Source of the DNA: Candidatus Poribacteria bacterium
GTDB lineage: Bacteria; Poribacteria; WGA-4E; PCPOR2b
NCBI GenBank assembly: GCA_965116925.1
Contig: OZ220744.1
Location: forward strand, 6,112,001 to 6,176,000
DNA length: 64,000 nt
Direction of reading: 5' to 3'
Below are positions 39,836 through 52,186 of the stretch, in pieces (within the stretch, counting starts at the first letter, position 1; each line of letters starts with the position of its first letter). A program made the translations under genes and the position numbers. The notes beneath the pieces are model-generated. The model saw only the letters and a list, made by a program, of their open reading frames with translations, was not told the DNA's origin and searched no databases.

Positions 39836-41788
39836 ATGTCTAAAAAAATCTACGCCTACGGGATGGATGGCTTTATCGTCCCGATGATGAAAAAATTTGT
39901 TGCTGAAGGGTGTTTGCCGAACTTTGAAAGGATGCTCAAAAGTGGCACGGTGAACCAGACCTTTCCGTCCTTTCCGGTCTGGACACCGACGAATTGGGCG
40001 ACCCTTTCTACAGGTGCTCACACCGGGACACACGGCGTGAGCCGCTGGCGTGTGGAAGTTGCCCCTGGTGAACGGATCAACAGCTTCGATGGGCGCGCTC
40101 CGAATGCGGAGCGGATCTGGAATGCCCTAGAGCGCGATGGTAAAACAAGCGTTGCTGTGCACTACCCAGCAGCCCAGCCGTCGGGCATCAAATCGGGTTT
40201 CGTCGTGGATGGCTTTGGTCACCCTGGGCACGCTAGCACTGACTATGAGGTAGCATCCTGTCAAGCGTATACGACGAGCGATCAGGTTGCTACCGTCGAA
40301 ATGGACCATGACGGAACGGCTGTCCGTCGGACACAACGCAGCGTTCAACCGATTCCAGTCTTACATCCCGCGGTCGGTTGGAGAAATCTGCCGTCGAGCC
40401 AATCACCGCCCCTTGAATCCGAAATCGAAATTCATGCCCGTCTCGGCGGCGATGTCAACACCTTCCATCTCCTTGCGCTTGACAGTTGTGGGAGGGGATA
40501 TGATCGCCTACAGATCTGCCGGAGGAAAGACGGGGATTCCAAAATAGCTGAGACGGCGGTTGGTCAATGGAGCGATTGGGCGATTGAGCCCTTCCAGATC
40601 GATGGTCAAAAGCAGGAGGCGTCGATTCGGTTTAAGTTGATGGAACTCACACCCGACGGAAAAAATCTGAAGCTCTACCGTTCACAGGTCACCTACGCCG
40701 ACGGATTCACCTATCCTGATGACCTCGCAGCGGAGCTGATTGAACGGTTTGGTCCCTATCAGGAGCACGCTTCTATGACGCCTTATACGTCGGGTATGGC
40801 AGATTTTGATACCGCCCTTGAGGAGTGCGAATACCAGGGGATCTGGTTCGCCGATGTCGCCAACCACATGCTGCATGAGCATGGGTGTTCCTTTTTTATC
40901 TGTCATTGGCATCTGTTTGACTATCTGAACCACATCCATCTCAACGATGTGGATCCCGTCTGTCCGGGCTATGATCCAAACAATGTAGATACAGCGATGG
41001 ACTACTTTCGTCGGGCTTATCAGGTCGGTGACAGGGTTTTGGGACGCATCTGGGAGGCTGCCGACAATGAAACTTGTGTCGGGGTCCTCGGCGACCATGG
41101 GGCTTACCCAGATATTCGGATCGCTAACATCCGGAAGTTCCTTGTCGATCAGGAGTTCACTGTCCTGAAGGAGGGTGCGGAAGGTGTCGAGCGCGATGAA
41201 GTCTTAGAGAAGGATATCGATTGGGAGAAAACCCGTGCCTATCTCAAGGACGACAAGGGCTTTGACATCTACATCAACGCTGAACAGGGAGCGGCGTTCG
41301 ACGAAATTGAGCGTGAACTGCTGTTGGCACTGCGCACTTGGGTCGATGAAGGGGTTGGCCGCACGCCCATCGCTATTGCGCTGCCGAAGCGGGATGCCTA
41401 CATCCTCGGTCAGTGGGGCGATCAGTGCGGCGATGTCATCTTTGCATGGGATCACGGCTACGTGAGCGGTTATTACGGTCAGTGGAAGGGGATTGTCGGT
41501 GGCGGCGCGGTCGGCGCGCCTGAAGTGTATGGTGCACATCACGGAGGCTTCCTCCCCACCCGAAATGAAGACATCTCCTCCAGCTTTGGAACATTTTTAT
41601 TGGCTGGACCGGGAATTAAAAAGGGGTATGAGCGCGATTATGATTCACACGGTTACATCCACGCCGCCGATGTTGTCCCCACCTTTTGTCATATCCTCGG
41701 CACTGCTCCACCGGCGCAAAGTCAAGGCACAGTTGCTCACGATCTGTTTGAAGGAAACGAGATGGCGCGAGAACGAAATGGAAGCTGA
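39836..41788 (+). CDS. Alkaline-phosphatase-superfamily phosphodiesterase
   Basis: GMDG, WTPTNWATLSTG (Thr nucleophile), GDHG, GAHHG, DVVPT. Confidence 0.85.
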   Translation: MSKKIYAYGMDGFIVPMMKKFVAEGCLPNFERMLKSGTVNQTFPSFPVWTPTNWATLSTGAHTGTHGVSRWRVEVAPGERINSFDGRAPNAERIWNALERDGKTSVAVHYPAAQPSGIKSGFVVDGFGHPGHASTDYEVASCQAYTTSDQVATVEMDHDGTAVRRTQRSVQPIPVLHPAVGWRNLPSSQSPPLESEIEIHARLGGDVNTFHLLALDSCGRGYDRLQICRRKDGDSKIAETAVGQWSDWAIEPFQIDGQKQEASIRFKLMELTPDGKNLKLYRSQVTYADGFTYPDDLAAELIERFGPYQEHASMTPYTSGMADFDTALEECEYQGIWFADVANHMLHEHGCSFFICHWHLFDYLNHIHLNDVDPVCPGYDPNNVDTAMDYFRRAYQVGDRVLGRIWEAADNETCVGVLGDHGAYPDIRIANIRKFLVDQEFTVLKEGAEGVERDEVLEKDIDWEKTRAYLKDDKGFDIYINAEQGAAFDEIERELLLALRTWVDEGVGRTPIAIALPKRDAYILGQWGDQCGDVIFAWDHGYVSGYYGQWKGIVGGGAVGAPEVYGAHHGGFLPTRNEDISSSFGTFLLAGPGIKKGYERDYDSHGYIHAADVVPTFCHILGTAPPAQSQGTVAHDLFEGNEMARERNGS

Positions 41789-41898
41789 ATATGTGTCGAA
41801 AATTTGCGAAGAGAAACCGAGTTTTTTCATCAAAACTCGGTTTCTTTGCACTATTTCCTAACATGAGCCTTTGTAGGTATTAGAAATAGGGATTTCTT

Positions 41899-41927
41899 TT
41901 GACAATATGTTCATGATGTGATAACAT
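41899..41927 (+). promoter_or_regulatory. Sigma-70 promoter of guaB
   Basis: TTGACA-17 nt-TAACAT with a TG extension. Confidence 0.7.
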
Positions 41928-41987
41928 CTTGTCTAATCATTTTCTGCCCTCTTTGTACCTATCTATTCTTATCTTTGGTTCACCTAA

Positions 41988-44386
<2,399 letters not shown>

Positions 44387-44466
44387 CGGGGCATCTGGGC
44401 TCCTCGCCGTAGCCTTGACCGGGAGATCGAGGTTACGGGAGAATTAAACTAATAAAAAAATAGTTG

Positions 44467-44495
44467 TTGCATTAATATTGAAATTGTGCTACTAT
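44467..44495 (+). promoter_or_regulatory. Sigma-70-like promoter of nuoI
   Basis: TTGCAT-17 nt-TACTAT with a TG extension. Confidence 0.55.
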
Positions 44496-44513
44496 TCGCT
44501 TTGAATCTTATTA

Positions 44514-45125
44514 TTGAAAGGAGAACGGCTTTCCAGCAAAGAGTTTTCGCTCAATCATCAAAGCCGCGACGCTGTTTTTATGAGAGTAAATGAAGAGATG
44601 TCGTTTTGGGACAGGCTTTATATTCCCGGACTTATTAAGGGCATGCTCACGACACTGAAGCACATTCCCAAGCGGAAGTTTACTTATCAGTATCCCGAAG
44701 ATCCACGGAGTGTTGAGGAGCGCAATGATCGCTATCGTGGCGTTCATAAGCTACCGTTAGATCCGGAAGGAAATGTTAAATGTGTGGCGTGTTTCATGTG
44801 TGCAACAGCCTGCCCGGCAGATTGTATTACCATTCAAGGCGGTCCTGCGCCCGAAGGCTGGAAAACGAAAGAAGGTTATCAACGCGAAAAATATCCTGAA
44901 GTTTTTGAAATTAATATGCTGCGTTGCATCTTCTGTGGATACTGTGTTGAAGCGTGTCCAGAGGATGCAATCCAGATGACAGGAATTACACTCCCGCAAT
45001 ACTTTAGAGAAAGACAAAAAGAGGGTGAAGTGCTCGGCGGTTCGCGGAAAGATTTCATCTTTGATCAAGAGATGTTGATAGCTAATAATGATATTCCCGA
45101 ACAGGGGCTTCATCCGGATTCGTAA
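44514..45125 (+). CDS. nuoI: NADH-quinone oxidoreductase subunit I (stand-alone)
   Basis: TYQYPE, YRGVH, CVACFMCATACP, RCIFCGYCVEACP; start uncertain (could be 44580). Confidence 0.9.
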   Translation: MKGERLSSKEFSLNHQSRDAVFMRVNEEMSFWDRLYIPGLIKGMLTTLKHIPKRKFTYQYPEDPRSVEERNDRYRGVHKLPLDPEGNVKCVACFMCATACPADCITIQGGPAPEGWKTKEGYQREKYPEVFEINMLRCIFCGYCVEACPEDAIQMTGITLPQYFRERQKEGEVLGGSRKDFIFDQEMLIANNDIPEQGLHPDS

Positions 45126-45336
45126 GTACCCGAACATGAGTTTACTTTGGGGTGGTGGCTACCCACTAAGCGCGTAGGAATAGACTCTACCCGACAGAAT
45201 GTGCAGAGATTTTTAATCAGATACTTAAACGAGAAGTACGCACATCTCGACATGAACTTTTAGGGCAAGGCTTCCCATACCTCTGAGGTATAGTACGGGA
45301 AAGAATTGCCCATTTTTTGTTGAATATGTTAAGGAA

Positions 45337-48213
45337 ATGACTTTGGACAAAGATCAACCGAATCAAATTCAAGACCTATCCCTAAACTTTAGTTCAGATT
45401 CTCTCTTTGCTTTAACGGATAAGATAAAGGCGAGCGTTGAAGGACGGATCAGTTGGGGTGATACCTTTGGGATGGGACTTGGCGCGAAGAATGACAAATA
45501 CCTGCTCATCTGGACGCCAAAGAAATCGTCCGAAGGGCAAGTTCTCCCCGGCTTTGACTCAGAAGACGGAGAACTCACACTCAAAATGAGACCGCGACCC
45601 GGTGCTTGGATTTCTTGGATTGACGAAGTCAAAATTGCGACGGAAGCGAAGGATGACCATGACCGTGTTCGTAAGAGTGTGCAAGAACTGGAGCGTAACA
45701 CACGTCAAGTAACGGACTTTGCCGATGGTGTTCTCAAAGATATTACCACCGTACATCTAGGTAAATCCCTCACGTTGTCGGAGATGGTTCAAGAGGTTTT
45801 GAAAGTCGAGTTCACAATACCAACCGCTGTCAAAACCGGCGGGTATGTCCTCGCATCATCACAAGAAACCGCATCCGGATTAGCGAAGGTCATCATTCCA
45901 GAACAGACGAATATTCATGGTGTGCATCTGAACGAGGATGAACTGCTCGATTCAGTTGCCATGAGCGATTACGATCGGCTCTTGGTTATTCATCGTACGC
46001 ATATCAAACACTATCCCGATCTCCTCGACATTAACTACTGTTTAAGACTTAGTGAGTATCTCCAAGGTAAGCCGATACAGGAGGAGGAAGGGCAGGACAA
46101 ATCGCCTCACCCCGCGCAAGGCTTAAGACCGATAGCGATATTTCCAACGGCGGCTGTCTATAATCCCTTGTCTCCAGACAGTATCAAATTCGTTGTTACC
46201 GCACTCAATGATGACTACGATGCAATCCGCGAAGCCGTTACGGAATGCTCGTCAATCATCGATGAGTACATGTCGCAGGCAAATCAGCGTGCACATGAAA
46301 TCATGACGAACTTCCAAGGGCGTATTGATGGTCGGCTTCAAGCACTTACGCTCCAACCGGGTCAACGGATTTATGAGAGGGTTTGGGATGACCTAGCAAT
46401 TGATGAGCTGCGAAATCAGCTATTTGAATTCAGCGAATTTTTTGGCAAATATATCGGTGAACACCTAGAGGCAGATAATGTGGAATCTAGGAAAGAATCG
46501 CTCAGGAACAGTATCGATTTAATCATCGAGGCATGGCAACTTCAGGATTCGCGTCAAACCACTATCAGGCATCTCATCCTCGCTGGCTACAAATTGGCGA
46601 ATCAAGTACTGGATCAAGCGACGGGACTTTTCTATGACCTTGTATTTGAAAAGTATTTTATTGAAGCTGGGCTCCTCCGTACAATTGAATTGATGGTACT
46701 TGAGGAGGGGGAACTTCTAGATGAAATTCGCTTGCCAGAATGGACGGACAAAACGGTACGAGACCGAATCTACCGCCTCGCGCTGAATCCGGCTATCCAT
46801 CCCAAACAGACTGAGAGGCTGCGGGATTTATGGATAGAATTGCTAGAGATCGCGAATTTTGCGGACAGACATCAACAACAATTTGAATCTATTCTCAAAC
46901 CACTGTCTGACGTTCTGTTGATGCCTAAGCACTCCACTGCCCCGAGCGGAAATTCGGGGGCACGCAACATCTCGCTCCGCAGAGGGAATACTTTTGAAGG
47001 GTTTGGAATTTCGGAAAAGATATTTGAAGATGCCTTGAGCCGCATCCACGACAATTTCCCTGTAATTAAACGATGGATTCAGAATACGCCAGAAGAACGG
47101 AGCGGACATGAACCCTATTATAGGACATTGTGGACAATACTCACCGAGGGGTTGGTTCGTGAGCATCTCTGCGAAGATTTTCAGCCAATTTTCGACATCA
47201 ATCTCAGCCTCCCGTTAGAAACGAAGAGATTAATGGACCTCGTGCTTGGCGGAAAAATTGTTATACGCAATGAAAAGGATTTAAATAGCCTGAAACGGAA
47301 TCTTGACCGTGCCTTACAAGCGAAAATTGGTCGTGGGCTACAGGAAATTAGTACGCCTACTATGCTGCAAATTCATAGCGATACCACCCTGTGTACACTT
47401 CGTGAGGAATTGCTAGCATACCAGCAGACGCTTGATAAGCAACTGATCCGCGCAACGAATCCCAAAGCCTCCAAAAAGCAGGGCAAAGGGAAAAAGGGAC
47501 GGAAAAAGGGGAAATCTCCCGAATCCGCTGCAAAAGTGATAGCAGCAATTGAAGAGGAAAAACCGAAGATTACCGAACTTATAGAGTTCCTGAATTCCTA
47601 TACCAATGCGCCGTTAACGCTGTTGGAGACAGCGATCACTCCACATTCTCAGCAAATCAATCAGATACGCGAGCATCAGGTGCTGAATTTCGATCTGCAA
47701 TCGCTGCCACCGATCGAGGATACATGGCTGGAGAACGTGAAATCGCCCGATGAATATCCAAACTTGCGTGCATTCCTGTTTGAAAACAAGTTGCCTATTT
47801 CCACCACCGGGCGCGCATTGACAAAGTTGAGAAGGATCTTTCCTAACTCCACTGATGTAGGGGACGCTTCGGTGAATGTGTTTAATATCGCCATTGACCT
47901 ACTCCTAGAGTTAAGAGCACTCCAAGATGCCGGCTATGAGGGCGATACGCTGCAACGATATGCAGACTACATTTCTGAAAAATTGTGGCGGTGGGAGTTG
48001 ACACAGATTACAGAAACAGAGATGCCAATCCTGATTAAAGAAAAGGTGTTATCCTCCCTAATCTGTTACGAAAAGGAGATCGAAACACTCCTAGAATACG
48101 TTGAGCGCTACGAGCGGTTATTAGAAACAAAGCTTGCCCCTGAATCTGAGATGGATAAACAGCGCGAATTGCTAGAAGAAAACTTCCAGACGCTGATTGA
48201 AACGCTTATGTAA
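45337..48213 (+). CDS. Large hypothetical protein (958 aa, probably helical)
   Basis: Long ORF with an AAGGA RBS; no motif recognised. Confidence 0.8.
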   Translation: MTLDKDQPNQIQDLSLNFSSDSLFALTDKIKASVEGRISWGDTFGMGLGAKNDKYLLIWTPKKSSEGQVLPGFDSEDGELTLKMRPRPGAWISWIDEVKIATEAKDDHDRVRKSVQELERNTRQVTDFADGVLKDITTVHLGKSLTLSEMVQEVLKVEFTIPTAVKTGGYVLASSQETASGLAKVIIPEQTNIHGVHLNEDELLDSVAMSDYDRLLVIHRTHIKHYPDLLDINYCLRLSEYLQGKPIQEEEGQDKSPHPAQGLRPIAIFPTAAVYNPLSPDSIKFVVTALNDDYDAIREAVTECSSIIDEYMSQANQRAHEIMTNFQGRIDGRLQALTLQPGQRIYERVWDDLAIDELRNQLFEFSEFFGKYIGEHLEADNVESRKESLRNSIDLIIEAWQLQDSRQTTIRHLILAGYKLANQVLDQATGLFYDLVFEKYFIEAGLLRTIELMVLEEGELLDEIRLPEWTDKTVRDRIYRLALNPAIHPKQTERLRDLWIELLEIANFADRHQQQFESILKPLSDVLLMPKHSTAPSGNSGARNISLRRGNTFEGFGISEKIFEDALSRIHDNFPVIKRWIQNTPEERSGHEPYYRTLWTILTEGLVREHLCEDFQPIFDINLSLPLETKRLMDLVLGGKIVIRNEKDLNSLKRNLDRALQAKIGRGLQEISTPTMLQIHSDTTLCTLREELLAYQQTLDKQLIRATNPKASKKQGKGKKGRKKGKSPESAAKVIAAIEEEKPKITELIEFLNSYTNAPLTLLETAITPHSQQINQIREHQVLNFDLQSLPPIEDTWLENVKSPDEYPNLRAFLFENKLPISTTGRALTKLRRIFPNSTDVGDASVNVFNIAIDLLLELRALQDAGYEGDTLQRYADYISEKLWRWELTQITETEMPILIKEKVLSSLICYEKEIETLLEYVERYERLLETKLAPESEMDKQRELLEENFQTLIETLM

Positions 48214-48265
48214 GCCCGTTTACCGAAGTTGTCAAACCCCAACTTTTGGATTGGTTGCAGTTGAA

Positions 48266-49144
48266 ATGAAGATATGTCTCCTTGGAGGGGGAAGTTGTAT
48301 TGCTCCTGTTGCATCAACAATTTGTCGCTTGAACCTCTTTTCTGAAGTTGTTTGGGTGGATGATAAGCTAGTGCCACTCCGGGATACGCTCCAAGATCTA
48401 AAACAAGCAGCTGCAGTTGGGGGAGTTGACACGGAACTACGTGTGACTCACGATTGGTCGGCACTGGCAGATTCGCAGATTGTAATTCTATTTCCCCACG
48501 CATCACACCCTATTCAAGCGCAACGTCGAGCGAATACCTTGTTAGCTCAACATTTTGCTCGGCATATCAAAAGTCATGCGCCTAAGGCACGGGTCATCGT
48601 CGCAATGCCTTCAGCATGTTCGATCGCTTTTTACGTTTACCGTGAGCTTGAGGGGGAGGCTAGCCAAGTGATTGGACTATCTGGTGGGATAGCGGGTGCG
48701 TATCTGAAAGCCCAAATTGCCCATCAGTTGAGCGTGTCTGTGCAAGATGTCACGGTTCTTGCCATCGGAAATGACGAAACAATCCATCCGCTGCCGCAAT
48801 ACTGCCGTGTAAATGGTATACCGTTGGATGAGTTATTAAACGAAAGCCAAATTGATCCGTTGATGGGGGCGGTGCAGGATACACATAAGAAATCTAGAAC
48901 CATAGATGCACCATATACGTTAGCTGCTTGGATTGCACAAATTGTCACGGCAATTGCCTTGGATAAGAAGCGAATCGTGTGTGTCAGTTCCCTGATTCAA
49001 TCGAGCGCAGCGCAAGTTTACCTCAACGTTCCGACGCAGATTGGTCAGGATGGGGCTGAATCGGTTCTTCAGCTCGATTTGACTGACGCCCAGCGCGAAC
49101 AGTTTACCGAATTGGTGACAAAGAGCGTTAAAGAACAACGATGA
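48266..49144 (+). CDS. Malate/lactate dehydrogenase-fold protein lacking catalytic residues
   Basis: MKICLLGGG Rossmann start, LADSQIV, IA..L.VS..DV...IG, DKKRIV, VP..IG..G. Confidence 0.75.
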   Translation: MKICLLGGGSCIAPVASTICRLNLFSEVVWVDDKLVPLRDTLQDLKQAAAVGGVDTELRVTHDWSALADSQIVILFPHASHPIQAQRRANTLLAQHFARHIKSHAPKARVIVAMPSACSIAFYVYRELEGEASQVIGLSGGIAGAYLKAQIAHQLSVSVQDVTVLAIGNDETIHPLPQYCRVNGIPLDELLNESQIDPLMGAVQDTHKKSRTIDAPYTLAAWIAQIVTAIALDKKRIVCVSSLIQSSAAQVYLNVPTQIGQDGAESVLQLDLTDAQREQFTELVTKSVKEQR

Positions 49145-49172
49145 TTTTAGCCGACCTGATGCGAGGGAAAAA

Positions 49173-50282
49173 ATGAGAGAGATATATCAGAAAGTAATTG
49201 AACTAATTGAATCCGACGAGATTGGTGCCTACTGTACGGTTGTAGAAACAAAGGGATCCACGCCACAAAAACCGGGATCCAAGTTGCTGATTTTACCGGA
49301 CCTGCGAAATGTTGGGACGCTCGGCGGTGGGTGCGTAGAGGCAGAGGCCCGGCGACAGGCAATCGGGTTGATGCAGGGGGGCGTCCCACGTCTGCTCGAT
49401 TTTCAGCTAGATAGCGACTACGGGTGGGACGACGGCCTGATATGCGGTGGGAATATGAAGATTTTCATTGACCTACCCCAAACCAAAGAGGAGTCGTTGA
49501 TATTAACCCGACTACAGGAACTCTCAGAGGCAAAAATCCCCCTCGTTTCAACCACAGTTGTTAAAAGTGAGGTAGACCATATCCAAGCCGGCGCGAAGAT
49601 GCTGTTCGCAGCTAACGGCGAAAAGGTCAGTTCGTTGGGAGATGCGGGGTTGGAGACAGCACTGCAAGATGAATTGATGGAGGTCCTAGAGAAGGATGCT
49701 CCTGGTGTGTTTCGTTGGCAAGAGGGAGCGGTCTGGGTCTTTATGGATGCAGTGCAGCCACGTCCCACGCTGCTCATTGCCGGCGCAGGCCATGTCGGGC
49801 AAGCCCTATGCCATCTTGGAAAATGGATCGGCTTTAACGTCGCAATCGTTGATGACCGTGTGGATTTCGCCTCTGAAGAACGACTTCCCGAAGCCGACGA
49901 GATTATTATCGGTGATATTGCGGAAGAGTTGCGTAAGTATCCCGTTGATCATCTGACTTACGCTGTCATTGTTACGCGGGGACACCAACACGATGAGGAG
50001 GCTCTCCACAGCGTCATTGAGTCAAATGCACGTTATGTCGGTCTGATCGGCAGCCGTCGGAAGATTAAGTTGATCTACGACGATTTGAGGGATATGGGTA
50101 TCTCAGAAGAGACATTAGCGAAAGTGTACGCGCCGATCGGATTGGATATCAACTCCAAAACTGTGCCGGAGATTGCAGTGAGCATCGCTGCACAACTCAT
50201 CCAGGTCCGCAATAGTACAAAGCCAGACCTCCACTTTGATGCACAACCGGCGAGAATGCCCACGATTAAAGTCGGCACATAA
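49173..50282 (+). CDS. XdhC/CoxI family molybdoenzyme accessory protein
   Basis: GSTPQKPG, GTLGGGCVE, GLICGG, GAGHVG, TRGH, GLIGSRRK, PIGLDI. Confidence 0.92.
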   Translation: MREIYQKVIELIESDEIGAYCTVVETKGSTPQKPGSKLLILPDLRNVGTLGGGCVEAEARRQAIGLMQGGVPRLLDFQLDSDYGWDDGLICGGNMKIFIDLPQTKEESLILTRLQELSEAKIPLVSTTVVKSEVDHIQAGAKMLFAANGEKVSSLGDAGLETALQDELMEVLEKDAPGVFRWQEGAVWVFMDAVQPRPTLLIAGAGHVGQALCHLGKWIGFNVAIVDDRVDFASEERLPEADEIIIGDIAEELRKYPVDHLTYAVIVTRGHQHDEEALHSVIESNARYVGLIGSRRKIKLIYDDLRDMGISEETLAKVYAPIGLDINSKTVPEIAVSIAAQLIQVRNSTKPDLHFDAQPARMPTIKVGT

Positions 50283-50358
50283 GTGATAGCAATTCATCAA
50301 CTCTTCGCAGTGGAGCCTCCGTTCTTTAGAGCGGGGAGGAAACTGCGCTCCTTTTTCG

Positions 50359-50387
50359 TTGAAAAGTTGTGTGAAATATGGTACAAT
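50359..50387 (+). promoter_or_regulatory. tnpB promoter
   Basis: TTGAAA-17 nt-TACAAT with a TG extension. Confidence 0.65.
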
Positions 50388-50484
50388 TCTTATGGCTTTC
50401 GTAGGGGATTTCTACCATCCCGAACCCTTCGGGATGTCCCCTACACCTCGTAGAAAAGGAATGAAAGCCAGAAAGCTAACCAGC

Positions 50485-51711
50485 ATGAAAAAGACTTATG
50501 AATATCGCGCCTATCCTACGACTAAACAGCGACATACTTTTTTGCTTTGGCTTGCGTTGTTGCGCACTCTCTATAATCAAGCGTTAGCGTGGCGGATAGA
50601 CGCTTACCAGAAAAATAATGATTCTGTCAAATGGACGACCCAAGCCAACGCCTTACCTGACTTGAAAACAGCCTCCAAGGCTTATGCAGGACTTCACGCG
50701 GATGTTCTCCAAGATGCGATGCGCCGTTTGGATAAAGCGTACAAAGCATTCTTCCGCCGTGCCAAGAACGGGGCGGCACCGGGCTTCCCCCGCTTCAAAG
50801 GCGAAGGGCGCTACCGGTCAATGACCTTTAGCCACCTGTCCAAGCGGCTCATCCGGAATGTGCGTCGTAAGTTTGCCAAAGTCGTTGTTCCGAAAATAGG
50901 ACACCTCAAGATCCGTTATCACCGCCCCTTAGCCGATGGCAACATCAAGAATCTGACGGTCATCAAGCGAGCCAGTGGTTGGTATGTAACTATCTGCGTC
51001 GAAGTGCCAGATCCTATAGAAGTCCCTGTCCACACAACGATCGGCGTAGATGTGGGACTTAACTCGTTTGCTGTCGATTCTGATGGCGAACATATCCCAA
51101 ACCCCCGCCATTATCGTCAGTCTGAAAAGCGACTTGGCAAACATCAACGCGTATTGTCTCGCCGCAAAAAGGGGAGCCGTCGCCGAGCAAAACAACGTGA
51201 GATTGTCGCCCGTTGCCATCAACGGATAGCGAATCAGCGCAAGGATTTTCAGTTCAAGGCGGCCCATCGTATCCTTGAACGATGTGATGAGGTCGCTGTA
51301 GAGAATCTGACCATCACCAATATGTTGAAGAACCACTACCTCGCCAAGAGTATATCTGACGCGGGCTGGGGTAGCTTTCGATTGAAACTGCAAAGCAAGG
51401 CTGCAAGTGCCGGCAAGCAGTTCACGAAAGTGAAGCCTCACCATACCAGTCAGAAATGCTCCGGTTGTAATGAAGTTGTGCCTAAACAGTTGTCGGATCG
51501 GCTCCATGATTGCCCCCATTGTGGGTTGGTCCTCAATAGAGACCATAACGCCGCGATAAATATCAAAAAGGCTGCTGTAGCCTTGCGTGGAGGTGCGTCG
51601 GTTGCAAACGACCCCGAAATCCCCCGTCAGGGGACAGAAGCGCAGAACCTTGTAAGACCCGTTGGACGGACGTTTCAAACAAGCACCGTCACTTCAGGGC
51701 GGGGTAACTGA
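50485..51711 (+). CDS. tnpB: RNA-guided endonuclease TnpB
   Basis: YEYRAYPT HTH, GFPRFK, RuvC D (GVDVG), E (VENL), D (RDHNAA), zinc finger CSGC..CPHC. Confidence 0.95.
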   Translation: MKKTYEYRAYPTTKQRHTFLLWLALLRTLYNQALAWRIDAYQKNNDSVKWTTQANALPDLKTASKAYAGLHADVLQDAMRRLDKAYKAFFRRAKNGAAPGFPRFKGEGRYRSMTFSHLSKRLIRNVRRKFAKVVVPKIGHLKIRYHRPLADGNIKNLTVIKRASGWYVTICVEVPDPIEVPVHTTIGVDVGLNSFAVDSDGEHIPNPRHYRQSEKRLGKHQRVLSRRKKGSRRRAKQREIVARCHQRIANQRKDFQFKAAHRILERCDEVAVENLTITNMLKNHYLAKSISDAGWGSFRLKLQSKAASAGKQFTKVKPHHTSQKCSGCNEVVPKQLSDRLHDCPHCGLVLNRDHNAAINIKKAAVALRGGASVANDPEIPRQGTEAQNLVRPVGRTFQTSTVTSGRGN

Positions 51712-51732
51712 CTCAATGGCGACAAAAACTTC
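51560..51732 (+). ncRNA. Predicted omegaRNA scaffold plus guide
   Basis: Inferred from TnpB biology: overlaps the tnpB 3' end and right end, with the guide starting at 51713. The 5' boundary is approximate. Confidence 0.55.
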
Positions 51733-52066
51733 ACCAACTATTCAATTAGATGATGATAGATACACTGCAAAAGAGGTCGTTGAATTTGCAAAGATTGCCC
51801 TAGATTTTATCGGGGAACAGGGGGCTGACAGCGATCTCCAGTATGCTGCGTCCGATGTCTACTGGATCTTGCGAAACCTGCTTGACTATGTGAACGGACA
51901 TGCAGGCGGAGAATTTACCCTCAAACGTCTCAGAAAAGGTTCGTGGGGACTGGAGTACAACGATAAAACATCGGCAAAGCGCAAAGCCGATGATGCTGCA
52001 CATCGAGAGATTAAGCGCACGGCGGAATATCTCCAACAACTAAAAGCTCGCCGCTCAACTTGGTAA
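51716..52066 (+). CDS. Hypothetical protein
   Basis: ORF MATKTSPTIQ... begins 3 nt after the IS right end. Confidence 0.6.
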   Translation: MATKTSPTIQLDDDRYTAKEVVEFAKIALDFIGEQGADSDLQYAASDVYWILRNLLDYVNGHAGGEFTLKRLRKGSWGLEYNDKTSAKRKADDAAHREIKRTAEYLQQLKARRSTW

Positions 52067-52091
52067 CGAACTGTTGCTTCATTCTCGCACC

Positions 52092-52159
52092 GTAGGCGGG
52101 GCATCTTGCCCCGCCATTACCGGCCTGCAAACCTGTAGGCGGGGCATCTTGCCCCGCCG
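52092..52159 (+). repeat. Direct tandem GTAG-REP pair
   Basis: GTAGGCGGGGCATCTTGCCCCGCC twice, between convergent genes. Confidence 0.85.
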
Positions 52160-52186
52160 ATTCACTTACAATACCTTAGACTATCT

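Larger units (their letters stand above)
50298..51712 (+). mobile_element. IS200/IS605-family element, tnpB only (IS1341-like)
   Basis: Left-end hairpin after TCAT; right end CAAG-hairpin-GGGGTAACTGAC; no tnpA. Confidence 0.88.

Noticed and set aside
52092..52159. Two identical 24-bp direct repeats resembling a mini CRISPR
   Set aside because: Only two units with a 19-nt spacer, GTAG-hairpin REP structure, and no cas genes.
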